Shown: one piece after another, positions 49,075 to 59,178 of the stretch
Position numbering within the stretch: the first letter of the stretch is position 1
How the letters are laid out: every line of letters begins with the position of its first letter
Assembly (NCBI GenBank): GCA_964388715.1
Contig: CAYMBN010000001.1
Span: forward strand, 138,962-202,961
DNA length: 64,000 nt
DNA from: an uncultured Methanosarcinales archaeon
GTDB taxonomy: Archaea > Nanobdellota > Nanobdellia > Woesearchaeales > CAYMBN01
Direction: 5' to 3'
The notes under the pieces: generated by a model
The model's database searches: none
What the model was told of the DNA's origin: nothing
The model's input: only the letters and a program-made list of their open reading frames with translations
Made by a program: the position numbers and the translations under genes

Positions 49075-51564
49075 ATGATAAAGCTAACGCCTGGTATGCA
49101 GCAGTATATGGAAATTAAAAAACAACATCCTGATTGTATTGTTTTGTTTAGAATGGGAGATTTCTACGAAACATTCTATGAAGATGCAAAGACAGCTGCT
49201 AGAGAATTGGAGATTACGTTAACTGCGCGTGGGAAAGGTGAATCAAGAGCACCTTTGGCAGGGATTCCATATCATGCAATTGATTCTTATTTACCAAAAC
49301 TTGTTAATAAAGGGTATAAAGTTGCAATATGTGAACAATTAGAGGATCCGAAAAAGGCAAAAGGTATTGTGAAAAGAGGTGTGGTACGTATTGTAAGTCC
49401 TGGAACAATTGTTGAGAATAATATGCTTGATTCGAAATCTAATAATTATATAATGTCATTGTTTGTTAAATTGAATAAGTTTGGTGTTGCATTGATTGAT
49501 TTGTCAACTGGAGAGTTTTTAGTGAGTGAGTTAAGTGAAAATAAGTTAGTGAATGAAATTACTAGGTTTAAGCCAAGTGAAGTTATTATTCCAGAGAGTT
49601 TAAAAGTTAATCAAGAGCTTGTTAAACAGATCAATTCTTTTGTTAATGAGTATAGTGACCATTATTTTTCACAGAACAATGCTTTGGAAATGTTAAAAAA
49701 ACATTTTAATGTTCTTGGAGTAGAAGGTTTTGGGATTAAAAATGACAGTTTGATTGTTAATGCAGCTGGGGCATTATTGAGTTATCTTAATGAAACACAA
49801 AAAACTAATTTGAGTTATATTAATAGAATCAGAAAGTATAGTGTGAAAGATTATATGGTGATTGATTCAAGTACATTAAGAAATTTGGAAATAATTGAAA
49901 ATGTTTTTGATAATAAAGGTACTTTGTTAGGTGTTTTGGATAAAACAGTTACATCAATGGGTGCAAGAATGTTGAAAAAGTTTGTTTTGCAACCATTGTT
50001 GAAAAAAGAACAGATTGAAAAAAGACTTGATTGTGTTGATGAGTTAACACGAAGTCCTATGTTAAGAGAGGAACTAAGAAGTTTGTTAAAACAATTTGCT
50101 GATATTGAACGGTTGATTAGCAGAATCAATTTTGGGAATGGAAATGCGCGTGACTTAATTGGATTAAAGAATTCTTTGAAACTGATTCCATTGATTAAGA
50201 AAGAATTGAGTAAAGCAGGAAGTGAATTGTTAAAAGAGATTGATGAGATGAGTGAGTTAAATGATGTTAAGGATTTGGTTGAGAGTGCGATTAAAAATGA
50301 GCCTAATTTAAGTGTGAGAGAAGGTAATATGATCAAGAAAGGTTATAATAAAGAGTTAGACGAATTAAGAGAGATGTGTTTTGATAATAAAAGTTGGATT
50401 GCTAAGTTAGAATTACAGGAAAAGGAAAGAACAGGGATTGGTTCATTGAAAGTTGGGTTTAATAAAGTGTTTGGATATTATATTACTGTTAGTAAAGCTA
50501 ATTTGCATTTAGTTCCACAGAATTATATTAGAAAACAGACATTAGTTAATGCTGAACGGTTTATAACGCCTGAGTTAAAGGAAAAAGAAGCTTTGATTCT
50601 TAATGCAGAAGAAAAAATTAATGAGCTTGAGTATGAGTTGTTTGTTGTGATTTGTAAAAGAATTGCTGAGAAAACAAGTGTTATACAGGACGTTGCTAAT
50701 AAGATTGCATTGCTTGATGTTATGATTTGTTTTGCTGTTGTTGCTTCTGGAAATAATTATGTTAGGCCTGAGTTGAATAATGATGGAAAGATTGAGTTAG
50801 TTGAGAGTAGGCATCCTGTATTGGAGCAAGTTGAAGAGGTTTATGTTCCTAATGATTGTAAAATGGATAAAGATGGTTTTAAGATTATAACTGGGCCTAA
50901 CATGGCTGGGAAAAGTGTTTACATGAAACAAGTTGCATTAATTCAATTGATGGCACAGATTGGTTGTTTTGTTCCTTGTCAAAAAGCTAGTGTGGGTTTG
51001 GTTGATAGGATATTTACTCGAGTTGGTGCGTATGATGATCTTGTGCATGGACAGTCTACTTTTATGGTTGAGATGAATGAGACTGCTAATATTTTGAATA
51101 ATGCAACTGAGAATTCTTTGGTTATTCTTGACGAGATTGGTCGTGGTACAAGTACGTTTGATGGAATAAGTATTGCATGGTCTGTTGCTGAATATATTCA
51201 TAAGAATATTAAAGCAAAAACATTGTTTGCAACGCATTATCATCAGTTGAATAAATTAGCTGAGAAGTTTCCGTCTGTTAGGAATTATAATATTTCTGTT
51301 AAAGAAAAAGAAGATGAGATTGTTTTCTTAAGAAAGATAATTGAAGGTGGAACAGATAAAAGTTATGGAATACAAGTTGCAAAGTTAGCTGGACTGCCTG
51401 AGGAAGTTATTGAACGAAGTAAAGTGATCATGAATCGGCTAGAGATGGAAGATGAGATTGCTGAAAGGATTCATGCAACATTCAAGGATAAGAGTAAGAA
51501 AGAACGAGAAGAAATGATTGAGAAAGAAGTGAAGAGTAGACAGTTAAGTTTGTTTGATGTTTAA
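49075..51564 (+). CDS. mutS: DNA mismatch repair protein MutS (MutS1)
   Basis: TPGMQQY, FRMGDFYE, TGPNMAGKS, STFMVEM, DEIGRGTST, ATHYH, SYGIQVAKLAG. Confidence 0.98.
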   Translation: MIKLTPGMQQYMEIKKQHPDCIVLFRMGDFYETFYEDAKTAARELEITLTARGKGESRAPLAGIPYHAIDSYLPKLVNKGYKVAICEQLEDPKKAKGIVKRGVVRIVSPGTIVENNMLDSKSNNYIMSLFVKLNKFGVALIDLSTGEFLVSELSENKLVNEITRFKPSEVIIPESLKVNQELVKQINSFVNEYSDHYFSQNNALEMLKKHFNVLGVEGFGIKNDSLIVNAAGALLSYLNETQKTNLSYINRIRKYSVKDYMVIDSSTLRNLEIIENVFDNKGTLLGVLDKTVTSMGARMLKKFVLQPLLKKEQIEKRLDCVDELTRSPMLREELRSLLKQFADIERLISRINFGNGNARDLIGLKNSLKLIPLIKKELSKAGSELLKEIDEMSELNDVKDLVESAIKNEPNLSVREGNMIKKGYNKELDELREMCFDNKSWIAKLELQEKERTGIGSLKVGFNKVFGYYITVSKANLHLVPQNYIRKQTLVNAERFITPELKEKEALILNAEEKINELEYELFVVICKRIAEKTSVIQDVANKIALLDVMICFAVVASGNNYVRPELNNDGKIELVESRHPVLEQVEEVYVPNDCKMDKDGFKIITGPNMAGKSVYMKQVALIQLMAQIGCFVPCQKASVGLVDRIFTRVGAYDDLVHGQSTFMVEMNETANILNNATENSLVILDEIGRGTSTFDGISIAWSVAEYIHKNIKAKTLFATHYHQLNKLAEKFPSVRNYNISVKEKEDEIVFLRKIIEGGTDKSYGIQVAKLAGLPEEVIERSKVIMNRLEMEDEIAERIHATFKDKSKKEREEMIEKEVKSRQLSLFDV

Positions 51565-51920
51565 GTTTTTTTAAGATAAAATTCAACTTTTTCAAGAATT
51601 TTGCTAATTGGTCTTGAACCACCCTTTATAACATAATTATCCATGTAATAAGGAAGTGGTGTTGGATCAATCCCCGATAGACATACAACAGGAACATTAG
51701 GATTTTGCATTTTTGAAGCTTGCATGACATCTGCACCGCTGTCACGTGACATAGATAGATCAATAAGAGCAAGTTTATATTCAAGCTCGCCTTTAATCTC
51801 ACGAATTGCTTTATATGCACTATAAAAAGTCATAACTGAATATCCTTTTTTGTTTAGAAATAAACCTAGTTTTTCTAATAAACTGATGTTGTTATCTACT
51901 AATAAAATATCATACCTCAT
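51561..51920 (-). CDS. Stand-alone response-regulator receiver domain
   Basis: ILLVDNN, ALIDLSM, VCLSG, YVIKG. Confidence 0.8.
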   Translation of the reverse strand: MRYDILLVDNNISLLEKLGLFLNKKGYSVMTFYSAYKAIREIKGELEYKLALIDLSMSRDSGADVMQASKMQNPNVPVVCLSGIDPTPLPYYMDNYVIKGGSRPISKILEKVEFYLKKT

Positions 51921-51979
51921 TTTAAGGAGGATATAACTGTCTTTTTATAAAATTTCTTATTTAGAAGTTTGTTTGATGT

Positions 51980-52555
51980 TTAATCATATGCTAATAATAC
52001 TTGTTCTCCTGGTTCTATTTGTTCTCTAGGTTTATGTTCTATTTCTCTAATAAGTGCATTTACTCTTTCTAAATATGAATCTATCTTTGATTGAATTCGA
52101 TCTAAAAGTTCTTTATGAAGAGCTACTGCATAAGAACATTTGAAAAAACCAGTTTCATAACGTTTTTCGTGTGTGTTAAAGTTTCTGTTTGGACCTTCGC
52201 CACTCTTGTCAACAGCAAATTGAATAACTCCTAAGTCTTTACCAAATTCTTTTGCTAGTTTAATGTTTCCAAGGGCTTTGTATGTCATGTGATTGTAATT
52301 TAATCTTAATACTGCTTCACTAACACCACCATCAAGATCAGGTTCATAACCTATACGAGCAACTGTACTATTGTTTACACAATCACTTGCATGAAAAGAA
52401 ACATTATATTTTCCCCATCTAGCTTCAATAAGAACAGGAGTTTCATCCTCTTTTCTTGCTTTTACTTTTATTTCAGAGAATACATCGTCAATTGTTTTAG
52501 TAGTAATTTCAACTGGACAAACTGATGTTTCTGTTTCACTTTCTTGAACTCTCAT
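51980..52555 (-). CDS. Hypothetical protein
   Basis: ATG 52555 preceded by GGGGGGT RBS. Confidence 0.6.
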   Translation of the reverse strand: MRVQESETETSVCPVEITTKTIDDVFSEIKVKARKEDETPVLIEARWGKYNVSFHASDCVNNSTVARIGYEPDLDGGVSEAVLRLNYNHMTYKALGNIKLAKEFGKDLGVIQFAVDKSGEGPNRNFNTHEKRYETGFFKCSYAVALHKELLDRIQSKIDSYLERVNALIREIEHKPREQIEPGEQVLLAYD

Positions 52556-52595
52556 CAAAAACCCCCCTTGAATAAAATTAGGAATAGAAGGTAAT

Positions 52596-53585
52596 TTATA
52601 TATTTTTTGAAATTCTTGGATAAACCTCAGGATCAATAAATACTTTTTCTGTTTTTACTGCGAGACCTTTATCTTTTTTCATTATTTTTTCTGAGGTAAG
52701 TTGTGCTTTGCCTAGTGCAATGAGTTCGTGTTTTAATGTCATAACTGCAACTTGTTGGTCTGGTTCAATTCTTGAATGTAGTTTTGCAATGCCTGGTATG
52801 TTTAAGTTTGCTCCGTGTGATAAAGAGTGCACTGTTGTATCAAAAACCCAGATCTTTGGAAGATGTTGGATTGCAAATTCAGCTGGATAAATTATTTTTC
52901 TTAAGAATTTGTCATTGTTTTCATTTTTGTAGTAGTGGAATGCGTCTGTTAAGTCTTGAAGTGTTGTTAAGGTTGATTCATCAAAATGAGCTGTACGTGT
53001 TCTACGAAGTTCGGCCATGTGTGCTCCACAACCAACTGATTTGCCAAAGTCGTGGCAGAGTTTTCTAATATATGTTCCTGCTTGACATCCTACTTGGAAT
53101 AAAACATCTTTTCCATCAATTTCTAGAATGTTGAAGTAGTAAATGTCTCTGAAACGGTATTGACGTTTAACAGAACTTTTTATTGGTGGAAGTTGTTTTA
53201 TTCTGCCTGTAAATTTTTTTGCTGTTTGTTGAAGAGTTTTTTCGTCAACTTCTTTATGAAGGTGCATTATGCAAATGTATTCTTTGCCTGCTTTAAGAAG
53301 AGTTTGAACTAGACGTGTTGCTTTTTCAAATGCAATTGGTAGAACACCTGTTACTTGTGGGTCAAGTGTACCAGAATGTCCTGATTTGTTTATGTGAAGT
53401 ATTTTTTGTATAAAGTCAGATACTTGATGTGAGGTTGGTCCTTTTGGTTTGTCAATGTTAACACAACCATATTGAAGAAGTTGTTCTGTGGAACGTTGTT
53501 CTGGAGAAGTTCCATAATCAGGATTTGTATCTGCATCTGCTTTAATCAAGACTTCACGTTTAATTTCATATGGTAATTTGTTCAT
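52596..53585 (-). CDS. cbf5: H/ACA pseudouridine synthase Cbf5 (archaeal TruB)
   Basis: IDKPKGPTSHQV, GHSGTLDP, QLPPIKSSVKR, AGTYIRKLCHD, PUA domain. Confidence 0.96.
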   Translation of the reverse strand: MNKLPYEIKREVLIKADADTNPDYGTSPEQRSTEQLLQYGCVNIDKPKGPTSHQVSDFIQKILHINKSGHSGTLDPQVTGVLPIAFEKATRLVQTLLKAGKEYICIMHLHKEVDEKTLQQTAKKFTGRIKQLPPIKSSVKRQYRFRDIYYFNILEIDGKDVLFQVGCQAGTYIRKLCHDFGKSVGCGAHMAELRRTRTAHFDESTLTTLQDLTDAFHYYKNENNDKFLRKIIYPAEFAIQHLPKIWVFDTTVHSLSHGANLNIPGIAKLHSRIEPDQQVAVMTLKHELIALGKAQLTSEKIMKKDKGLAVKTEKVFIDPEVYPRISKNI

Positions 53586-53667
53586 AAGATAGAAGATTGG
53601 TGGATTGTTTTTAAAGATTGTGGAAAAAAGAGCAAGATTTTTATAGTTGAAAAACATAGTAATAAAT

Positions 53668-53766
53668 ATGAGAAAAAAAGGCCAGTTGAATATTCTGCTT
53701 TGGGTGATGTTTATTGTATTAATAGTTTTAGTTATTTGGTTTATAATGAAACGAATGAGGGGTTAA
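53668..53766 (+). CDS. 32-aa class III signal-peptide (mini-pilin) peptide, not in ORF track
   Basis: MRKKG/QLNILLWVMFIVLIVLVIWFIMKRMRG. TATA TTTTTATA about 25 nt upstream. Confidence 0.55.
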   Translation: MRKKGQLNILLWVMFIVLIVLVIWFIMKRMRG

Positions 53767-54041
53767 AAATTACTAAAAATGGTTTAATTAATGGGACTGT
53801 AGAGAAAATAGTTGAAGGAGTCATGGTTATTTTTGGGTTGTATCTATTATTTCAGGTTTTAAGAAAAGTTTTTGGAGGTTCATGGAGCACAGAAGACCTT
53901 ATTCTTGGTTTATTAATTTTTAATCTGGGTTGTACTTTTACAATTGGTTTAATGGTAACACAAATAAAATCGGATCAAAGTCATTTAAAAGGACAATTTA
54001 AAAGTCTTGCAGGAGATTTTAAAAGGCATGTTAAAAAGTGA
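53700..54041 (+). CDS. Small membrane protein with coiled-coil tail (start uncertain, probably downstream)
   Basis: Two TM helices, FGGSWSTED, QFKSLAGDF. Confidence 0.5.
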   Translation: MGDVYCINSFSYLVYNETNEGLKITKNGLINGTVEKIVEGVMVIFGLYLLFQVLRKVFGGSWSTEDLILGLLIFNLGCTFTIGLMVTQIKSDQSHLKGQFKSLAGDFKRHVKK

Positions 54042-54092
54042 AATCCAAATGAGATGGGTGCATGTATTCTAAAGAAGTCTGTGATTATTTAT

Positions 54093-54557
54093 TTAATTTA
54101 ATAGTTCAATTAGTTCTGGTTTGCTCATAAATCGTTCCCGAGCAATGTCATCTATTATGTAAAATGTTTGTTGTTGTATTATGTCAAACTTTTCTTCAAA
54201 TAGATCCATAAATTTTTCTAAGTCTTTGATGTGTCTGAATATTCCTTCTATTAGGAAATCAAACCCATTGTTGATTTTATACACTGAATTCACATTTTGG
54301 TGTGTTATCAGGTATTGTTTTACTTGTTCTTTTTGTTCTTTTTTGACTTTAATTGCTATGCTTGCTTTGGTATTGTAACCTAACATGCTAAAGTCTACTA
54401 AAGATACGTGTCTTCTTATTAAAGTATCTTCCTGTACTTTTAATCTGTCAAATATTGTTGATACTGGTATTCTAGTTTCTCTACTCATTTTTGTTAAGGA
54501 CATTCTTGCATTGTTCCTTAACTGAGAGACTATTAAAAGATCTTTTTTGTTCATCAC
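54093..54557 (-). CDS. Lrp/AsnC-family transcriptional regulator
   Basis: LRNNARMSLTKMSRETRIPVSTIFDRL, VDFSMLGY, YKINNGFDF. Confidence 0.9.
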   Translation of the reverse strand: MMNKKDLLIVSQLRNNARMSLTKMSRETRIPVSTIFDRLKVQEDTLIRRHVSLVDFSMLGYNTKASIAIKVKKEQKEQVKQYLITHQNVNSVYKINNGFDFLIEGIFRHIKDLEKFMDLFEEKFDIIQQQTFYIIDDIARERFMSKPELIELLN

Positions 54558-54574
54558 CTCACCCCCAATTAGTT

Positions 54575-54703
54575 TTACATTGCAATACTATTGCCATTAC
54601 ATTTATCAGGAAACTTTCTTCTAAACTTATTACCTATTTTTAGGATATCCTTCCTAATAAGATGTGTTCCTTTGAATTTTATTGTGTTTATAATGAAAAC
54701 CAT
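54575..54703 (-). CDS. Possible 42-aa small ORF upstream of the Lrp gene
   Basis: ATG directly after AGGGG and below a TATA box. No recognisable family. Confidence 0.3.
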   Translation of the reverse strand: MVFIINTIKFKGTHLIRKDILKIGNKFRRKFPDKCNGNSIAM

Positions 54704-54772
54704 CCCCTATTAGATTATAATTTATATAATTAATATACACACGTTACTTGTTTATATATATGTTAGGTTTAG

Positions 54773-54800
54773 TAAAAATCAACTAAATGGTTGATTTTTA
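54773..54800. promoter_or_regulatory. Candidate operator TAAAAATCAAC-N6-GTTGATTTTTA
   Basis: Perfect 11-bp inverted repeat between divergent TATA boxes. Confidence 0.6.
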
Positions 54801-54839
54801 GAAAAATTTAAATATTAATACCACCATTATGGACTTAAA

Positions 54840-56456
54840 ATGACATTCCCAATGATAAGATCTAAGAATAAGTCTATCAAAGAGTTAATTGTAGATATAT
54901 TAACTAGCGAGTTTCCTTTAACAGCTAAAGTAATTTATAATAAAATAAGGAAATTAGGTGTGTCATGCACTTATCAAGCAGTGCATAAGGCAATTCATGA
55001 ATTATTAAATGAAAATATACTTTCATTAAAAGGAAAGGAATACCAAATAAATAAATATTGGATTGATGAGTTACATGAATTTGTTGACAGATTAAAAACT
55101 AATTATTATCTTGGTAAAATGAGTAATATTTTGGCTTTAAAACAAATTAAAGCTAAAGGTATGCAGATACTAACCTTTGATTCTTATCTTGAAGCAGATA
55201 ACTATAGAGCAAAGCTTCAGGAAAAATATTTGTTAAATGATGAAAAAAGTGTTCCACCATATTGTAGTCATATTCATCATTTTAAAAGTGCATTAGTTTA
55301 TTCAACTAAACTTAAAGGTATTACAAACTTCCCTACTAAGAGTCTTATCAAGCTATATACTGTTTTAGAAGGTGATACTTTTATTGACCAATGGTGTGGG
55401 GAGTTTTACAAAAAAATATTTAATTTTGAATATAAACGAGGAGTAAAGTGTATAAATAACTTTGAATTTTTTGTTATGGATGATTTAGTTTTAGAACTAC
55501 ATGCTCCAAGTGAATTATGGAAGAAACTTGAAAAAATATACAAAGGTGCAAAACACATTTCACGGATAGACATAATTAAGTTTTACAAAGAGGTATTTCT
55601 TAAAAAAAGAAAAATACAGATGGTGGTGTATAATAATAAGGATATTGCTGAACAGATAAGAAAACAAATAATGCAACATTTTAAAGTAAAAAAGATAAAG
55701 AAACTGATTAAAATGGTGGTGTTTGATGTGAATGGCGTGTTAACACCAGATAATACTATAATTGAAATGACAAATAATAATTCTAATTATAAAAGGATTA
55801 AAGAAACTATAACTGGTCAAGCATTAGGTAAAATGTCTATAGAAAAAGCGTTTACAAGAGTAGGAAATTTAGCAAAAGGATTATCACTTAAGGAAATTAT
55901 TGATTATGGTAAAAAGGCACCTTTAGTCCGAGGATTAAAACAAACTTTGCTTAAATTTAAGGGTAAGGGAATTAAGTTAATAATTATGAGTACTGGATTT
56001 AGACCAGTAATGAATTTAATTAATAAGAGAATTGGAAATTTGTTTGATAAAGTAATTTGTAATGACTTAGTCTTTGTTAATAAGAATGGAAAAGTATTAA
56101 CCAAAAAGCAAGTTGATGAAGCAATAAAAAGAAATGATCCAAATGAGCTAAAAGAGATTGTTTTTAATGGAGAGATTGATTTTGTAATCAATGACCCAGA
56201 TAAAAAAACAGAATATATTGAGAAAACTATTTCAAAATATAACTTTGAGATTAAGAATTGTGTTAGTGTGGGAGATTCAATAGCTGATTCTGATATGATT
56301 AAGATGTGTGCTTTAGGTGGTGGTTTAGGAATTGCTTTTAATCCAAATAATTCTTTGATTGAATATGTACAGTTATTAAAAGAAAGAAAAGGTAATGTTG
56401 AAATTGTTGAAAAGAAAGATCTTAGAAAGATAATTCCATTAGTTCTTAGGAAATAA
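54840..56456 (+). CDS. Winged-helix regulator fused to SerB-like HAD-IB phosphatase
   Basis: N-terminal PLTAKVIYN...TYQAVHKAI wHTH. C-terminal VFDVNGVL, IMSTGF, K, VGDSIADSDM, GIAFNP. Confidence 0.8.
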   Translation: MTFPMIRSKNKSIKELIVDILTSEFPLTAKVIYNKIRKLGVSCTYQAVHKAIHELLNENILSLKGKEYQINKYWIDELHEFVDRLKTNYYLGKMSNILALKQIKAKGMQILTFDSYLEADNYRAKLQEKYLLNDEKSVPPYCSHIHHFKSALVYSTKLKGITNFPTKSLIKLYTVLEGDTFIDQWCGEFYKKIFNFEYKRGVKCINNFEFFVMDDLVLELHAPSELWKKLEKIYKGAKHISRIDIIKFYKEVFLKKRKIQMVVYNNKDIAEQIRKQIMQHFKVKKIKKLIKMVVFDVNGVLTPDNTIIEMTNNNSNYKRIKETITGQALGKMSIEKAFTRVGNLAKGLSLKEIIDYGKKAPLVRGLKQTLLKFKGKGIKLIIMSTGFRPVMNLINKRIGNLFDKVICNDLVFVNKNGKVLTKKQVDEAIKRNDPNELKEIVFNGEIDFVINDPDKKTEYIEKTISKYNFEIKNCVSVGDSIADSDMIKMCALGGGLGIAFNPNNSLIEYVQLLKERKGNVEIVEKKDLRKIIPLVLRK

Positions 56457-56560
56457 TTTTCCCTCCACAACTAGTAGTAAAAAGTTACTATTTTTGAATA
56501 CTAAAAAACAAAATATATAAATATCAGCAATATATTTTAGTTTTATAAGGGGGTTTAACA

Positions 56561-58705
56561 GTGAAAAAGATAATAGGTGTTTTATTGTTCTTGGTCATGA
56601 TTACTAGTGTTATTGCTCAACTTGAGTTTTATGAAGGAGAATTGGTGAAGGTAACTCCTGCTTCTGATAATCCAGATGTAATTTATAGTTTTTCTGAACC
56701 ATTGAATGAAAATGGTGAGTGGCAAACCCAAATAGGAGATAAAGGAGAATATAAAATTGTTGTGAATGCTACTTATAATAATAAGACAACAACCAGAGAA
56801 TTAACTTTGGTTATTAATGAAAAGGAAGTTATTGAAACAAAAGAAGTTGCAAAAAAAATTGTTAGGGAAGGTGAGTTAGTTAAATTAGATCTTAAAGCAA
56901 CTGACGAAGACGGTGATGAACTTACTTACACTTTTACAGAACCGTTAAGTGAAAAAGGTGAATGGCAAACTAAGGAAGGAGATAAAGGTGAGTATACAAC
57001 TGAGATTACTGTAAGTGATGGTAAGTCTGAGATAACAAAAAAATTGTTGATTGTTGTAAAAGAAGTTAATAATGAGCCTGTTGTAGAATCTTTTTCACCT
57101 AATAATAGAACAATTGTGTCATCAGAAAGAGAACCAATTACTTTTACAATAAAAGCTAGTGATCCTGATGGTGATGAATTAGAATATCAATGGATTTATG
57201 ATGAGGAAGTTGTTGGAGAAGGTACTGAATTTAATTTTACTCCACAGTTTGGTGATGCTGGAATACATATTGTTGATGTTAATATTAAAGATAAAGGAAG
57301 TATTGTAACACATGAATGGAACCTTTTTATAAAAAGAACAAACAGGGCTCCTGAGTTGTATGAAATTAAAGATATTTTTGTTAAAGAAGGTGATTTGATT
57401 AACTTAAATCCTCGAGCAAATGATCCTGATAAAGATAAATTAATTATTTCTGTTTCAGGATGGATAAATGATACAAAGTATCAAACTTCTTTTGGAGATG
57501 CTGGTGTGTACCAAGTTATGGTTAAGGTGACCGACGGTAAACTTGAGCATTCACAAAATATCACTATTACTGTGAGTAATAAAGATAGAAGTCCTGTTAT
57601 TGAAGATATACCTGATGTAGTGATTAAAGAAGGTAGTGATGTTAGTTTTGTTGTTAAGGCAAGTGACCCTGATGGTGATACTGTTGGATTGATTGCTGAT
57701 AATGTTCCTGAAGGTGCTGCGTTTATTAATGGTGAGTTTAGTTGGTCTGTTGATTATGATGCTGTGCAAGGTAGAAAGAGTTGGTTTAGGAATTTTTTAA
57801 GAAAAATTAGATTGTTAAAAAATGAAAAAACGTATCCTATTATGTTAATTGCAAAAAGTAATAATCTTGAAACTAGAAAAGCTATTTATATTACTGTTTT
57901 AGATGTTAATAGGAAACCTAGCATTGAGCTAGATCCTGTTATAACTATTGATGAAGGTGAAACAATTGTTTTCCCAAAAACAGGTTCTGATCCTGACGGA
58001 GATGCATTGAGATATTATTATGTGGGTGCAATAGAATCAGACACTTTTGAAACTGATTTTGATAGTGCAGGAGAATATGAAACTGTTGTTGGTGTGACTG
58101 ATGGTGAGTTTAGCGACGAGAGAAAGATTAAAATTGAAATTATGGATATAAATAGAGAACCTTTTATTGAAGAAATAAAAGAACAATATGTTGCTGAGAA
58201 TTCTACAATTGAGTTTGATGTTGTTGCAAGTGATCCTGATAGTGATAATGTAACTGTTGAAGTTGTTGATTTACCAGAAGGTGCAAGTTTTAATAATAGT
58301 AAATTTACATGGACACCTGGGTTTGGTGTTGTAAAAGAAAATTATGAAGAGTTTGTTGTTAAGTTTGTTGCTTCTGATGAAGATACAAGTTTTACCAGAA
58401 ATATGAGTATCTTTGTGCAGGATGTTAATAGAAAACCTAAGATAAGTTATAGTCCAAAAACATACATAACTGTGAAAAAAGGTAAACCAATCATATTTGA
58501 GATTAATGCGACAGATTCTGATGGTGATGATTTAGATTACATATGGCAGTTTAGTCTTTTCAATAAGTATAATGCAACAAGAAAGATGAAGAGAACATTC
58601 ACAAAGACTGGAATTAAGAATGTTAAAGTGACTGTAACAGACGGTAAGGATGAAATAGTGAAGAAGTGGAAGGTTAAGGTTGTGAATAAGATTTCTAAAA
58701 AATGA
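56561..58705 (+). CDS. Secreted surface protein with tandem Ig/cadherin-like (DPDGD) and PKD-like repeats
   Basis: Signal peptide, repeated NRxP...ASDPDGD...VTDG units. Confidence 0.85.
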   Translation: MKKIIGVLLFLVMITSVIAQLEFYEGELVKVTPASDNPDVIYSFSEPLNENGEWQTQIGDKGEYKIVVNATYNNKTTTRELTLVINEKEVIETKEVAKKIVREGELVKLDLKATDEDGDELTYTFTEPLSEKGEWQTKEGDKGEYTTEITVSDGKSEITKKLLIVVKEVNNEPVVESFSPNNRTIVSSEREPITFTIKASDPDGDELEYQWIYDEEVVGEGTEFNFTPQFGDAGIHIVDVNIKDKGSIVTHEWNLFIKRTNRAPELYEIKDIFVKEGDLINLNPRANDPDKDKLIISVSGWINDTKYQTSFGDAGVYQVMVKVTDGKLEHSQNITITVSNKDRSPVIEDIPDVVIKEGSDVSFVVKASDPDGDTVGLIADNVPEGAAFINGEFSWSVDYDAVQGRKSWFRNFLRKIRLLKNEKTYPIMLIAKSNNLETRKAIYITVLDVNRKPSIELDPVITIDEGETIVFPKTGSDPDGDALRYYYVGAIESDTFETDFDSAGEYETVVGVTDGEFSDERKIKIEIMDINREPFIEEIKEQYVAENSTIEFDVVASDPDSDNVTVEVVDLPEGASFNNSKFTWTPGFGVVKENYEEFVVKFVASDEDTSFTRNMSIFVQDVNRKPKISYSPKTYITVKKGKPIIFEINATDSDGDDLDYIWQFSLFNKYNATRKMKRTFTKTGIKNVKVTVTDGKDEIVKKWKVKVVNKISKK

Positions 58706-58737
58706 GTTTGGAAAGCATAAGAGTTATTATAAATATT

Positions 58738-59154
58738 TTAAGAAAGTTGAGTAAGATATTCTTCTATTATTGAGATTATTTTTGTTATTTCTCTGTCTGT
58801 TATTATCCTTTTTTGTTCAGCAGTGAGATTTCTTGGATCAAAAGGTTCTATCCTCAGTGCATACTTAACATTTAATTCTGTTTCATGAGGGCAAACATAA
58901 TATTCTTTGAACATCCTGACTAAAATATCTGACCAGTCTGGTGCTGTTTGAGATAGAATTATTTGTGCTAGATTTTCAAATTTAGGTTCTGAATTTTCTT
59001 TGATCTCAAATTGTACTTGAGCGTATTGATTAGCTTCATTATCAATATTAGAAGGTGTATCATAATGTCCTTCACAACTTGAAAAGGTTTGAATGTAAGG
59101 AACTTTATTTAAAGCATCTACTAAAGGTTTTATTTTTTCTTCTATATGTTTCAT
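58738..59154 (-). CDS. Hypothetical protein with TYW3-like SSCEGH motif
   Basis: IKPLVDALN...TFSSCEGH. Confidence 0.65.
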   Translation of the reverse strand: MKHIEEKIKPLVDALNKVPYIQTFSSCEGHYDTPSNIDNEANQYAQVQFEIKENSEPKFENLAQIILSQTAPDWSDILVRMFKEYYVCPHETELNVKYALRIEPFDPRNLTAEQKRIITDREITKIISIIEEYLTQLS

Positions 59155-59178
59155 TTTTAAAAATACTAGAACCTCTTT

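Noticed and set aside
11061..56492. Recurrent TTACTA(T/C)T motif in intergenic regions
   Set aside because: It often sits next to TATA boxes as the reverse complement of a BRE-like AATAGTAA, so it is most simply an ordinary promoter element.
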